A DNA stretch of 64,000 nucleotides, taken from the human T2T-CHM13v2.0 reference genome, Homo sapiens. Location: assembly GCF_009914755.1 (NCBI RefSeq), contig NC_060932.1, one strand, 5' to 3'. The notes under the pieces were generated by a model that did not search any database, was not told the origin of the DNA, and saw only the letters and a program-made list of their open reading frames with translations. Each line of letters opens with the position of its first letter. Positions within the stretch are counted from its first letter, which is position 1. Below are positions 1-12,095 of this stretch, one piece after another. The position numbers were made by a program, and so were the translations under genes.

Positions 1-326
1 TATGCTTATGTTGAAGGTGGATTAAATACAAACTTTAATCCTCTTCCTAAATCATTTATACAACACAAAAATAATATGGAAAAGTATTATGTCGTAGCTA
101 ATGGGTTTATAGAAAAATACAGATGAGATACATGTGAAATGGAATTCTATACTGCCAGAATACACCCAAAAGTAAGAAATATCTATCATAATTATATAAG
201 AAGGCAATGAACAGATTATACAGCTAGAACTAAATTAGATACACAGGTTAAAAACAAGAATAATCTCACCATATTAAGTTCCTTGCACTAAAATTTCAGA
301 GAGTCATTAACAAAATATACAGGTAA

Positions 327-716
327 GAAAATGTGGCACATATACACCATGGAATACCATGCAGCCATAAAAAATGATGAGTTCATGTCCTTTGTAGGGA
401 CATGGATGAAGCTGGAAACCATCCTTCTCAGCAAACTATCGCAAGGACAAAAAACCAAACACCGCATGTTCTCACTCATAGGTGGGAATTGAACAATGAG
501 AACACATTGAACAATGAGAACACAGGAAGGGGAACATCACACACCAGGGCCTGTTGTGGGGCGGGGGGAGCGGGGAGGGATAGCATTAGGAGATATACCT
601 GATGTTAAATGACGAGTTACTGGGTGCAGCACACCAACATGGCACATGTATACATATGTAACTAACCTGCACGTTGTACACATGTACCCTAAAACTTAAA
701 GTATAATAAAAAATAT
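327..716 (+). mobile_element. 5'-truncated L1PA (L1PA4-like) 3' end
   Basis: AAGAAAATGTGGCACATATACACCATGG...CCCTAAAACTTAAAGTATAATAAA matches the L1PA 3' end; TSD ATATACAGGTAA at 315-326 and 717-728. Confidence 0.95.
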
Positions 717-2686
717 ATATACAGGTAAAAGTTCTAGATTAGGCTTTAGAAATAGATCAACATAGCTTTCAAATATTTTTGAAGTACAACTACTGGAAAG
801 ATAGATTAGATTTGGTTTAGGTTTTCTCAAAAGGACATGATTTAAGACATGTTACAACTGTGCAAATCTATATTCAATAAAAGAACATTTTAACTATTAG
901 AACTCCATTCAAGTAGAAATTCTGCCTCATAAATTTAGATGCCTATTTCACAAAGATTCTTGCTGTGGCTAAATGGTCAATGATATTCCTAAGAGTGGCA
1001 TTCACTGGGTGGAAATTTTGCTTGGGTGAACTCTATGGTCACTTCCAATTTTTAGGTCATTAATGTGTAGATTTAGTGCAAACCTTAAGATCAATTAAAG
1101 CCCGTAAGACACAATTCAAAGTCCCATCTTCTGTGAAAACTCAACTTTTCTATATATCACTTAGTATCAGTAATCACTTTAAAATTGAATTCAGATGTAT
1201 TATAAAACATACTCTTATAATTACTTATAATTTTATGCCTCAGATAAATCTGAAAACACTGTAAGGACAGAGGTTACTACTTAGTTCATAGCAGGCACTC
1301 AGTAGAACTTATTGAAGGAAAGCTTTGAGGGATGAGAGAAGAATTGTCTTTTTTTTTTTTTTTTTACTTCTCAATCTCCTATACCATAACCAATTTTTCT
1401 TTCCTTATTAAAAACAAAACAAACATAAACAAAAAAAGAAATTTCACTCACATAAGGCACAATATTTATTCATGATAGTAGATAGAGAAGAGCCTTTAAA
1501 ATTATCACAGCTATCATTTACCTACTGTCATAACATGATGTGGGGAATATAACAATGAAAAAATTCCTGTGTCAAAGACATGCCTGAAATTTCTTTCTCA
1601 AAGACATACTTGAATACAAGAGAAACAAACTAAAATCTTCTAAGGAGTGATATACTTAGAAAATAAATGTACCTGAGATTCATGAATTTAAGTTGCTCAT
1701 TAAGTGGATTTTTGTGTAATTTTAACTATGAGTCTATGCATTTAAAAGTTAATATATTGTTAATTTCAGGCACATATTACAGATTTGCAGGGTAAAAGAA
1801 AAAAATAGCTCATAAACATCTACAGCCAGGAAACTACCTTTAATTAACTTCCAAATATAATTTTAATACTAATGGTTGTTCAGAAATAATTGTCTTTAGA
1901 TGCTTGACCAATGTAGGATGCATGACTCTAGGTCTAGCCTGTTTAAACTGTTTATTTAAGATATCAAGTGATAAAGTCTCTGTCTGCTTAGCTTGTGAAT
2001 CATTATGTGCACTACTAGAAAGCAATAACCCTTAGGATCATCTAGGAACCTTCATGATCCAGGAGCTCAGAATATGGTGTTTGATTATAATCATAAGGAT
2101 AGTAAAGTGCTTGTGTCCCTTCAAAATAATGACTCAACTTTCCCTAACTCCAATACACACTCCACTGATAAGACTATATACTTAATATTTTCAGTTTTTA
2201 TTAGCTTTGCCTTATTTTTAGAGATCATAAAGAGGGCTTGGAACCAAATCACTGACTTCAAGGAATATAGCCCATACATAGAAACAGCTGAAAGTTATTG
2301 TGATTACTCACTTTTGATGCTGCAACGAGTCTCTTGAACTCTTGGAATACATAGCAACAGCTAACAAGTGAACTTTCTTTTTGGTTCTACATAGCACCTA
2401 AAGTGATCCAACTGAAGTATTCCTTATATGATATTACTACCTAACCTACTATATAGCAGATGGTTCCCATTGTAATTACAATCAAATTCAAACTCCTGGC
2501 AGAGACCAAAACCCCATGTCATCTGCCTTGCTCTCCACCTCCCCACACTATACACTCCTCTTTTTGCTCACTGCCCCCATCTTTCTATCCAAGAACATGG
2601 AAGTTAATCCCAACTCAGGGATTTTGCACTTACTGTTTCCTTTGCCTGGAATACTTTTCCCCAGGATTTCTGTCCTGTAATCCAAG

Positions 2687-3906
2687 TGAGGGGTGACAGC
2701 GTGCTGGCAGTCCTCACAGCCCTTGCTCGCTCTCGGCGCCTCCTCTGCCTGGGTTCCCACTTTGGTGGCACTTGAGGAGCCCTTCGGCCCACCGCTGCAC
2801 TGTAGGAGCCCCTTTCTGGGCTGGCCAAGGCTGGAGCCGGCTCCCTCAGCTTGCAGGGAGGTGTGGAGGGAGAGGCGCGAGCGGGAACCCGGGCTGCCTG
2901 CGGCGCTTGCAGGCCAGCTGGAGTTCCCGGTGGGCGTGGGCTTGGCGGGCCCCGCACTCGGAGCAGCCGGCCGGCCCTGCCGGCCCCGGGCAATGAGGGG
3001 CTTAGCACCCGAGCCAGCAGCTGCGGAGAGTGTACTAGGTCCCCCAGCAGTGCCAGCCCACTGGCACTGCGCTCGATTTCTCGCTGGGCCTTAGCTGCCT
3101 TCCTGTGGGGCAGGGCTCGGGACCTGCAGCCCGCCATGCCTGAGCCTCCCACCCTCTCCGTGGGCTCCTGTGCCGCCCGAGCCTCCTCCACGAGCGCCAC
3201 CCCCTGCTCCACGGCGCCCAGTCCCATCGACCACCCAAGGGCTGAGGAGTGCAGGCACACGGCGCAGGACTGCCAGGCAGCTCCACCTGCAGCCCGGGAG
3301 CGGGATCCACTAGGTGAAGCCAACTGGGCTCCTCAGTCTGCTGGGCATGAGCAGAGTCTTTAGGTCTAGCTCAGGGATTGTAAACACACCAATCAGCACC
3401 CTGTCAAAACAGACCACTCGGCTCTACCAACCAGCAGGATGTGGGTGGGGCCAGATAAGAGAATAAAAGCACGCTGCCCGCGCTAGCAGCGGCAACACGC
3501 GGGGGTCTCCTTCCGCACAGTGGAAGCTTTGTTCTTTCACTCTTTGCAATGACTCTTGCTACTGCTCACTCTTTGGGTCCACACTGCTTTTATGAGCTGT
3601 AACACTCACTGCGAAAAGTCTGCAGCTTCACTCCTGAAGCCAGCAAGACCACGAGCCCACTGGGAGGAACGAACAACTCCAGACGCGCGGCCTTAAGAGC
3701 TGTAACACTCACCGCGAAGGTCTGCAGCTTCACTCCTGAGCCAGCGAGACCACGAACCCACCAGAAGGAAGAAACTCCGAACACATCCAAACATCAGAAG
3801 GAAAAACTCCAGGCAGGCCACCTTAAAAGCTGTAACACTCACCGCGAGGGTCCGCGGCTTCATTCTTGAAGTCAGTGAGACCAAGAACCCACCGATTCTG
3901 GACACA
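2687..3906 (+). mobile_element. Solo LTR12C (HERV9/ERV1 LTR)
   Basis: Starts TGAGGGGTGACAGCGTGCTGGCAGTCCTC and ends CCGATTCTGGACACA; CpG-rich U3; U5 repeats GCTGTAACACTCAC at about 3596, 3699 and 3829; 4-bp TSD CAAG at 2683-2686 and 3907-3910. Confidence 0.96.
3385..3470 (+). promoter_or_regulatory. LTR12C core promoter: CCAAT (3389-3393), GT-box GTGGGTGGGG (3441-3450), GATA AGATAA (3453-3458), TATA-like AATAAA (3462-3467)
   Basis: Motifs are visible in the order known for ERV9/LTR12 promoters; activity cannot be shown from sequence. Confidence 0.6.
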
Positions 3907-4409
3907 CAAGTGCCAGCTTAAATGCTGTCTCCTCAAAGAGGTCATCTCTGACAACACACATTCACCCATTTGTCTTTGTTTTATTCTCTTCATAACATTT
4001 ATCACTATCAGAAATTATTTTAAGTATTGATTTACTTGAGCAGCTGTTTATTATCCATCTCTGCTTCCTCAAGTTTTGTGAGGACAATTATCTTTAATTT
4101 TGTTTATCAATGTATTCCCAATACCTTGAGTGCCTGGCAAACAGTTGGCACAAAATTAGTGTGTGTTTAATAAGTGAATGCAAAGGAATGAATATCTAAA
4201 GGCAAAAATATTCAGTCACTTAGACCCTAGCACGTAATCGTCACCGAGTGAAATAATCATCTACATATATCCTCTAGGGGAAAAAAACACATTACTTTAA
4301 AATGAAATATGAAAATTAACAGATAAATTCTGGTCAAATGGATAATATAGAAAAATATTTTTGAATTTTTTATAAAATTTTATAATTTTTTAAAAAACTT
4401 TATTAAAAA

Positions 4410-6455
4410 TTTTCCCCAGCTTTATTGAAATATTGACATAAAAATTATGTATATTTAAGGCATATTGTGTGCTGTTTTGATATATAGATACATTGTCAAA
4501 TTGTTACCACAATGAAGAAAATTGACATATTCATCACCTCACATAGTTGACTTTTCTTGTATGTGGTGATGAGAATGTTTAAAATCTACTCCCTTAGGAT
4601 CACGTAAGTCCAGAAGTTCAAGGCTGCAGCAAGCCAAGATCATGCCACTGCACTCCAGCCTGTGTAACAAAGTGAGATTCTGTCTTAAAAATAAATAAAA
4701 TAAAATATGCTGTCTTAGCAAATTTAAAGTATATCATACAGTATTACTAACCATAGTCACCATGCTGTACATTAGGTCTCCAGACCTGATACATCCTCAT
4801 AACTGAAACTTTGTACTCTTTGTCCAACATCTCCCCATTTCTCCCATTCAACCAGCCTCTGACAACGATCATTCTACTCTCTGCTTCTATGAGTTCAACT
4901 TTTTTATATTCCATATATAAGTGAGAGCAAGCAATATTTAGTCTTTTTATGCCTGGCTTGCTTTACTTAGCATAACCTTCTCCAAGTTCATTCATGTTGT
5001 CACAGATGACAGGATTTCCTCCTTTTTTAAGGCTGAATAATATTCCATTGTATGCTATTTTATATATCCATTCATCCATCTATGGACACCTAGGTTGACA
5101 TCGTATCTTGGCTATTTTGAATAGTGCTACAATTAGCACAGAAGTACAGATATCTCTTTGAGATACTGATTTCATTTCCTTTGGCTGTAAATCCGGAAGT
5201 GAGATTGCTGGGTTATATGCTAAGTCTATTTTTATTTTTTTTGACAAAACTCCATGCTGTTTTCTCTAATGACTGTACTAATTTACATTCCCACCAACAG
5301 TGACAAGGATTTCCTTTTTCTACATCATCAGCAACACTTACCTTTTGTCTTTTTTATAGCAGCCATTTTGACAGGTGTGAGGTGCTATCACATTGTGGTT
5401 TTGATTTGCATTTTCTTGGTGATTAGCAACCTTGGGTATTTTTTCATATACTTTTTGGCCATTTGTATGTCTTCTTTTGAGATATCTATTTTGGTCCTTT
5501 GTCCATTTTTAAAATTGGGTTATTTGTTTTCTTGCTATTGAGTTGTTTGAGTTCCTTATATATTTTGGAAACTGACCCTTTATTGGATGTGTAGAGTTCG
5601 CAAATATATTTTCCATTCCGTAATTGTCTCTTCACTCTACTGAGTCTTTTTGTTGCTATTCAGAATCTTTTTAGTTTGATGCAATCTCATTTATCTGTTT
5701 TTGCTTTATTGACTCTGCTTTTGGTGTCATATTCAAAATATCATTGCCAAGGTAAAAGTCAAGAAGCTCTTTCCCTATGTTTCTCTGATACTTTTACATT
5801 TTTAGGACTTACATTTAAGTCTTTATTTTGATTTAATTTTGTTTTTTACAAGGTATGAGATAAGGGTCGAATTTTCTTCTGGGCATGTGGATATCCAGCT
5901 TTTCCATCACCTCTTTGTGTGTTCTTGGCACTTTTGTGGAAGATCAATTGACCTTGGATGCGTGAATTTATTGCTGAGCTCTCTATCCCATTCCAATAGT
6001 ACACTGCTATTTTGATTATTATAGCTTTGCAGTATATTTTGAAATCAAGCACTATGAAGGCTCCAGCTTTGTTCTTTTTGCTCAAGATGACTTTGGCTAT
6101 GCAGTCTTTTATGGTTCCATATAAATCTTACAATTGTTTTCTATTTTTGTGAAAAATGTCATTGAAATTTTGATAAAGAATGCCTTGAATCTGTAGATAG
6201 TTTTGGGTAGCACGGACATTTTAACAATATTAATTCTTTCAATCCATAAACATGTGATAGGTTTTCATATATTTGTGTCTTCTGCAATTTCTTTTACCAA
6301 TGTTTTATAGTTTTTAATGTATAAGTTATTCAGGAATTTTTTCTGCTACTGCAAATGAGATTTTATTTCTTTTTTCAGGTAATTTGTCATTAGTGCATAG
6401 AAACTCTACTAGTTTTTGTATGTTAATATAGTATTCTTCAACTTTACAGAATTCA
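4410..6455 (-). mobile_element. L1MA8/L1MA9-like 3' portion (end of ORF2 plus 3'UTR)
   Basis: Reverse-strand L1 3'UTR motifs (CTATAGTCACCATGCTGTACATTAG-like); the decayed ORF2 peptide in ORF 5846..6085 (KKNKAG..DFKIYCKA..GQLIF.K.AKN) is L1 ORF2-like. Confidence 0.9.
4598..4701 (+). mobile_element. 5'-truncated Alu right arm (AluJ/FRAM-like) inserted in the L1MA
   Basis: GATCATGCCACTGCACTCCAGCCTG plus A-rich tail; degenerate ~17-bp TSD AAAATCTACTCCCTTAG (4581-4597) / AAAATATGCTGTCTTAG (4702-4718). Confidence 0.88.
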
Positions 6456-6863
6456 ATCCCACATGGACCAGCCTGCCACTGGGGCAGGCCTGGAGACTGA
6501 ATTTACAGTAGCTAGCCTGATGTCAGCATTCACTGGGGCAGCCTCAGGCTGGCGGGGTTCGTGTTGAAGACCAGTGCTCATCTCTCTTTCTTTCCCCAAG
6601 TAGATGGTACGTCTCTCCTTCATGTGCTGCCTGGGGTTGAGGAGAAGTGGCATAGGTAATGTAAAACTATACTTTCTCTCCTCTTCAATGCATCTTCTTA
6701 TCTCTGTGCTCTACCCAGATACTGTAATCTCTCATTTAGATCCCTTAGGAATTGTGAAGGTGTTTTCATGCTTGGATGATTATTGTGCTCAAGCTGATGT
6801 TTCTGTCAAGGGATGAGTAGTAGAAACTCCTATTCTATTAATATCATCTTACATACATCACTC
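6456..6863 (-). mobile_element. L1M2/L1M3-type extreme 5' end, directly abutting the L1MA 3' portion
   Basis: AGGTAATGTAAAACT..CTCTTCAATGCATC..TGTAATCTCTCA..TTGTGAAGGTGTTTTC..TGATGTTTCTGT..CTCCTATTC..CATCACTC resembles the L1M3 5' terminus. Confidence 0.7.
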
Positions 6864-7048
6864 AATTGTTACCTTCTTGAAAGTTTTTGTGGTCATTGAT
6901 TTGAGATGCTAAGCTCAATACAATACGAATAAGACACACTTCCTAAATTTCAAGACTAGGTTAGCTTAAATGTATTAACAGCTTTATACAAGGAGTGTCA
7001 AATATTCACAGAAGGGTTGTTTTTCTCTCCATCCTTGGCTCTCTGGGA

Positions 7049-7275
7049 GGAGGCAGTACAGCATGGTGGTTAGGTATATGGACACTGGAATCAGAGGTCA
7101 TTGTTTTTTCCTTTGCTAACCAGAACAGTGACCTATGTGAGTTGCTTTACCTCCACAATTCTTCTTCATCTGACATCATATAGTACTTGCCTCACGACTG
7201 CGTTGTGGGCTTAAATGAAGTAACTTAAGTGCTTAAGACATTTTTGGTACATTATAAGCACACTAAAGGCATTAG
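7049..7275 (+). mobile_element. MIR
   Basis: GAGGCAGTACAGCATGGTGGTTAG..CTGGAATCAGA..GTGACCT..GTTGTG..TTAAATGA. Confidence 0.75.
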
Positions 7276-8254
7276 AATCTATTATTAAAATATAGAGAAT
7301 AATATATTTTATATTAAAGTAATATAAAGAGCTCCTGAAATAAAGTTTGAATAAAGAATTTAGATTTTACATGAGGATTTTAAGTCAAGAAAACACAGGC
7401 TGATTCCATCACTTTAGTCTCCTTAAAAAGCAGTTCATTGCACATGCTGAAACACTGTCATTAGGTTTACATTTCTCAACCAAGGATGATCAGGCTGTGG
7501 TCCCTCTCCTGCATTAGGGCCAAGCAAAGGTTGTGGAATGACAAATGGTAAACACCAGCTCTAGCAGAATTGCTTTGTCTGTCTACCCATGAGCTCAATA
7601 AACCAAAAAGAGCTTTAAAAAATTATGCTTTTGAAACTGATTCACAAGTGTTTGGTTAACGATCACCAGCAGAGATGATGCACAACAAAATGCCCCCAGG
7701 GAGCGCTGGTAATTTTTCAGTGGATGCTCAGGAGCTGACAGGAGGAAAGCACTACATAAAGTTATGTGCAAAAGCACTAGGTCACAGCCAGATAGAATCT
7801 GGGATTGTAGGGAAAAATACCCACACTTAAATGCCCCCAAACCTGGTGAGAAAGTAAATATAAGAAGTCGTGCATCTTCCCCTGATACTCATCTCCCAAA
7901 GTCTGAAGTGCCCAGAACCAACTTTATAAATATTAAAATATTATTTTTAAAAAGATGTAATTGGGATGTAGGGACTAAAAAACAGACCCCAACTTTGTAC
8001 ACTTATACTTTTAGAAACTAAAAAATGCAACAGAATATTAACAAAGAATTTCTGGATGTGATATTACAAGCAGGTTTATTTCTTACTTGTAATGCTTTGT
8101 TTATTCCAGATTATCTGTAGTGTACATATATAATTTTTATAATAAGCAAAACTACAAACATTATTTTAAAATCTTACATCAAGCTTATAAGTCAGGCAGG
8201 CAATGTTTATTCCATGAATTTTTATTTATTTATTTCATTTTTATTGCTTTGCTT

Positions 8255-9230
8255 TTTAAAAATAATTCCAACTTTTATTTTAGAATCAAGGGGTACATGT
8301 ATAGGTTTGTTGTATACATTGGTATATCGCATGATGCTAAGGTTTGGGGTACAAAAGATCCCATCACCAACATAGTGAGCATAGTAGCAATAGTTTTTCA
8401 ACACTTATTCCCTTCTCTCTCTCCCCACCAGTAGTCCCATGTGTCTATTGTTGCCCTCTTTATGTCATAAATATTCAATATTTAGCTCCCACTTATAAGT
8501 GAGAACATGTGGTATTTTGTTTTCTATTTCTGCATTAATTCACTTACAATAATAGCCTCCAGCAGCATCCATGTTACTGCAAAGGACATGGTTTCATTAT
8601 TTTTAAGGGTGTATAGTAATCCATGGTGTATATGTACCATATTTCCTCTATCCAATCCACCACTGATGGGCACCTAGGTTGATTCCATGTTCTTGCTTGT
8701 AAGTAGTACTGCGATGAGCATAGGAGTGCATGTGTCTTTTTGGTAGAATATTTTTATTTGGGTATGCGCCCAGTAATGGATTGCTGGGTTAAATGGTAGT
8801 TCTGTCTTAAGTTCTTCGAGAAATCTCCAAACTGCTTTCCAAAGTGGCTGAATTAATTTGCATTTCCACAAACAGTGTATAAGTGTTCTTTTCTCTGAAG
8901 CCTTGCCAACATCTGTGTTTTGACTTTTTGATAATAGCCATTCTCACTGGTGTGACATGGTATCTCATTGTGGTTTTGATTTGCATTTCTCTGATGATTA
9001 GTGATGTTAAGCATTTTTTTAATATGTTTATTGGTCTTTTTTTGTATGTCTTCTTTTGAGAAGTGTCTGTTCATTTCTTTAGTCTTTTTAATGGGGTTAT
9101 CTGTTTTTGGCTTGTTGAATTGTTTGAGTTTCTAGTAGTTTCTATAGGTTATCTGTTTACTCTGTTGATATTTTCTTTTGCTGTACAGAAACTCTAGTTT
9201 AATTAGGTCCCACTTGTCAATTTTTGTTTT
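8255..9230 (-). mobile_element. L1PA15/L1PA16-like 3' fragment
   Basis: AACTTTTATTTTAG..GGGGTACATGT..TTTAGCTCCCACTTATAAGTGAGAACATG; decayed ORF2 C-terminal peptide in ORF 8674..8871. Confidence 0.9.
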
Positions 9231-9691
9231 TAGATATGGGTATTTATTGCCAGATACTACTTTCTCATCATTGTTACCTGTGATAATCTTACTTTCATCA
9301 TAAAGTTTGTTTTGATTAAACTTATGTGTCAACTTAACTGGGCCATGGGATGCCTGGATATTTGGGTAAACATCATTATGGATGTGTCTGTGAGGGTGTT
9401 TCTGAATGAGATAAACATTTGAATCTATACACTGAGTGGAACAAATTGCCCTCCCTACAGTGGGCGGGCATCATTTAATTCATTGAGGATCTGAATTTTT
9501 TAAAATAAGGTTCAATAATGGAGAATTTGCTCTTTCCCTGTTCCTGACTGTCTTTGAGCGGGGATATCAGTCTTCTCCTTCCTTCAGACTAAGACTTGGA
9601 CTGGTACTTACATCATTAGCTCTCCTGAGTCTCCAGCTTGTCGACTACAGATCTTGGGACTTCGCAGCCTCCATGACTGCATAAGCCAATT

Positions 9692-9694
<3 letters not shown>

Positions 9695-9743
<49 letters not shown>

Positions 9744-9750
9744 GAGAGAG
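9695..9750 (+). repeat. (CA)n(GA)n microsatellite
   Basis: Seen directly. Confidence 0.95.
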
Positions 9751-9807
9751 AGGAGATTTCATGTACATGAAATTTTCATACACACAGACACATGAAATCT
9801 CCTATTG

Positions 9808-10176
9808 CAGCAGTCCCCAGTATTTCAACTTTTTGGCACCAGGGATTGGTTTTGTGGAAGACAATTTTTACATGAACAGCTTGGCTCGTGGGTGGGGGTC
9901 GCGGGTTGGGTGCCGGGATGAGGGGATGGTTTCAGGATGAAACTGTTCCACCTCAGATCATCAGGCATTGGTTAGATTCTCACAAGGAGCGTGCAACCTA
10001 GAGTTGACGATAGCGTCCACGCTCCTATGAGAAGCTAATTCAGCTGCTGATCTAACAGGAGGCAGAGCTCAGAAAGTAATGCTTGCTAGCCTGCCACTCA
10101 CCTCTTGCTGTGCAGCCCAGTTACTAACAGGCCATGGACTGGTACTGGTCTGCAGCCTCGGGGTTGGGGACCTCTG
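9808..10176 (+). mobile_element. MER1B (hAT-Charlie) nested in MLT2
   Basis: CAGCAGTCCCC..TTTTTGGCACCAGGGA..GGGGTTGGGGACCTCTG termini; 8-bp TSD TCCTATTG (9800-9807) / TCCTGTTG (10177-10184). Confidence 0.92.
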
Positions 10177-10819
10177 TCCTGTTGGTTCTATTTCTCTAGA
10201 GAACCCAGGATAATAGAAACTCCAAAGTAGTAAGGGCGAAGATTAGTTTATCTAATCTTTGTTCTACCCTTAGTCATTCATTCATTTATCATGTGCTTGG
10301 TTTGGCCTGCCTAAGGATTCTTCTGGGCTAGAGAATACAAAGATAAAGCTGAAAACATCAGTCCTCAAGGAGTTCTCAATCTGGGAATGAGACTACGTGG
10401 ACGATAAGGTAAACAATTATAATACAGGGAAGCAAATACACAGGTACATACAGATAATGGAATCCTATTAAAATAGGAAATAATGAGAGTCAAAGAAGGC
10501 TCTGAGGGGAAATGAGTAAAGGAGTCTTGAAGGTCTCTAGAAATTCTTCAGGTGAACTAAACTAGGAAAAGTCATCATAGGGAACTTGGAAACCTGTCTT
10601 AGGTAGACAAATGTGAAACAATAATTTTCTTTGTTTCTAGTAAACATGCTCTTGTTTCTGTTCAAGCTAAAAGGAAGAAACCTAGGAAATGGTTGGAGAA
10701 AAAAATTACTAAAAGCAAAAATTCATGTACCAGTTAATAGGACACACAATGAGCTACCAAGCGATGAATGACAGCTGTTAAATTAGGAGCCATATAAACA
10801 TGAGTAGAAAATAGATGTG

Positions 10820-11116
10820 CAGATTCTCCTTGACTGATGATGCGGTCACATCCTGATAAACCCATCACAAGTTGAAAATATAAATTGAAAATACATTTGA
10901 AGCTGGCAACACAGCAGACAACCTCAAACTTATTACTATTCAACATATGTTTTTATGACTTTACAATGGTGCAAAAGTACTATTCTTTTGGTAGAAAGTC
11001 TAACCTCATAATAAGACATAAGGAGCTCCTCGACTTAACATGGGGTCACTTTCCTGATACATTCATTGTAGAGTCAAAAAATATGGGTTAAACCATCATA
11101 AGCCGAGGATTGTATG
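10820..11116 (+). mobile_element. MER47-like (TcMar-Tigger) MITE
   Basis: CAGATTCTCCTTGACT..GATAAACCCATC..AAGTTGAAAAT, internal repeat GCTCCTCGACTTA..ATGGGGT, 3' TA flank. Confidence 0.75.
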
Positions 11117-11704
11117 TACAGGAAAAAGAGAATAAGAAATGCTAATTAGATAATCTCAAGCAAATGGGGATGATACTAGCAAAAGAAAAATAGTCAAAAT
11201 GATCTATGCAAATTATTAAAAGGTAAAATGGAAAAGAGGGATAGAAGTGAATAGAAAGGGAAAAAAAAGGTGTTCCACATGGGCAACTAGAAAGCAGTAA
11301 AGATTGGCCTTGGCAGGACTAGCTAGAACAGAAAGAATGTATTTTTTAAATACAATGTATTTTCTTTTCTTCTTCATGAAGTGAATAGAAGTGCAAAAAA
11401 AGAAAAAGGCATTAGTGCAATTGAAGCAACAAAAGAGACAGAGAAAAGGAAAGAGATGCAAGAGGAGGTGAGCTGGCTGTCCATTCAACATTAGTCACAG
11501 TTTGGTGACTCCAGAGGACTGTGAGCTTAACTCTCCGTATTCTCTTATATCTGTCAAGTGGAAACTGTAGTAGTTATAAAAATGGCAGATGTGAGAACTG
11601 CAGAAACAATTTTTAGGTTTTTTTAAAGGTGTCCAATATGATAGCCACAAACCAAATTTTCTAAAATAAAAGCAGAAGAAGTTATGCTGTGAATGTGAAA
11701 TAAT

Positions 11705-12095
11705 ATGATGCAGAGTTTAAGCACAAAGACAATTATCACAAATCCTGGTTTCTTACTTCCTAGATGTATGACATGTATAACCTCTCTGTTACCAGTTTTT
11801 CCTTTATAAAATGGCTATAGCAATACCGTTTAAAGAATTGTGTCAGGTGACAATAATAAAAGAGTCTACTTCATAGTGTTGTTAATACGTAAAAAGGATT
11901 TCAAACTGTGACTAACACACGGTGAAATGATTTAAAGGTTATTGCATTATTATTGCTCTTGACTAGGAATTAACTTCATGGCCTCAGAGAGTTAGATCAA
12001 CCCCTGCTCTTTTGAATTCCCTTTGTGATCTTAAACAAATTATTTAGCCACTCCAGACTTCAGTATCCCATCTGAAGATGTGAGAGTTAAATTAA
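11705..12095 (+). mobile_element. MIR fragments
   Basis: AAATCCTGG..ACTTCCTAG.TGTATGAC..AACCTCTCTG..CAGTT..TATAAAATGG core motifs. Confidence 0.65.

Larger units (their letters stand above)
2480..4185 (+). mobile_element. Old L2 3' fragment, split by the LTR12C insertion (about 2480-2686 and 3911-4185)
   Basis: L2-like motifs CTTTGCCTGGAATAC, GTGCCTGGCA..AGTTGGCAC and a TGAATG-type tail. Confidence 0.55.
9308..10217 (+). mobile_element. MLT2 (MLT2B/D-like, ERVL) LTR interrupted by (CA)n and MER1B
   Basis: TTATGTGTCAACTT..ACTGGGCCATGGGATGCC at the start; TCCT.TTGGTTCT.TTTCTCT.GAGAACCC at the end. Confidence 0.85.

Noticed and set aside
2604-3363. Overlapping long GC-rich ORFs (239 aa minus, 170 aa plus) and a CpG-island-like region
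   Set aside because: They lie within LTR12C; these are chance ORFs in stop-poor GC-rich sequence, not a gene or a host CpG island
3596-3870. Spaced direct repeats that superficially resemble a CRISPR array
   Set aside because: These are the standard U5 repeats of LTR12 in eukaryotic DNA
4345-4415. AT-only quasi-palindromes
   Set aside because: Low-complexity decay of the adjacent L1 tail
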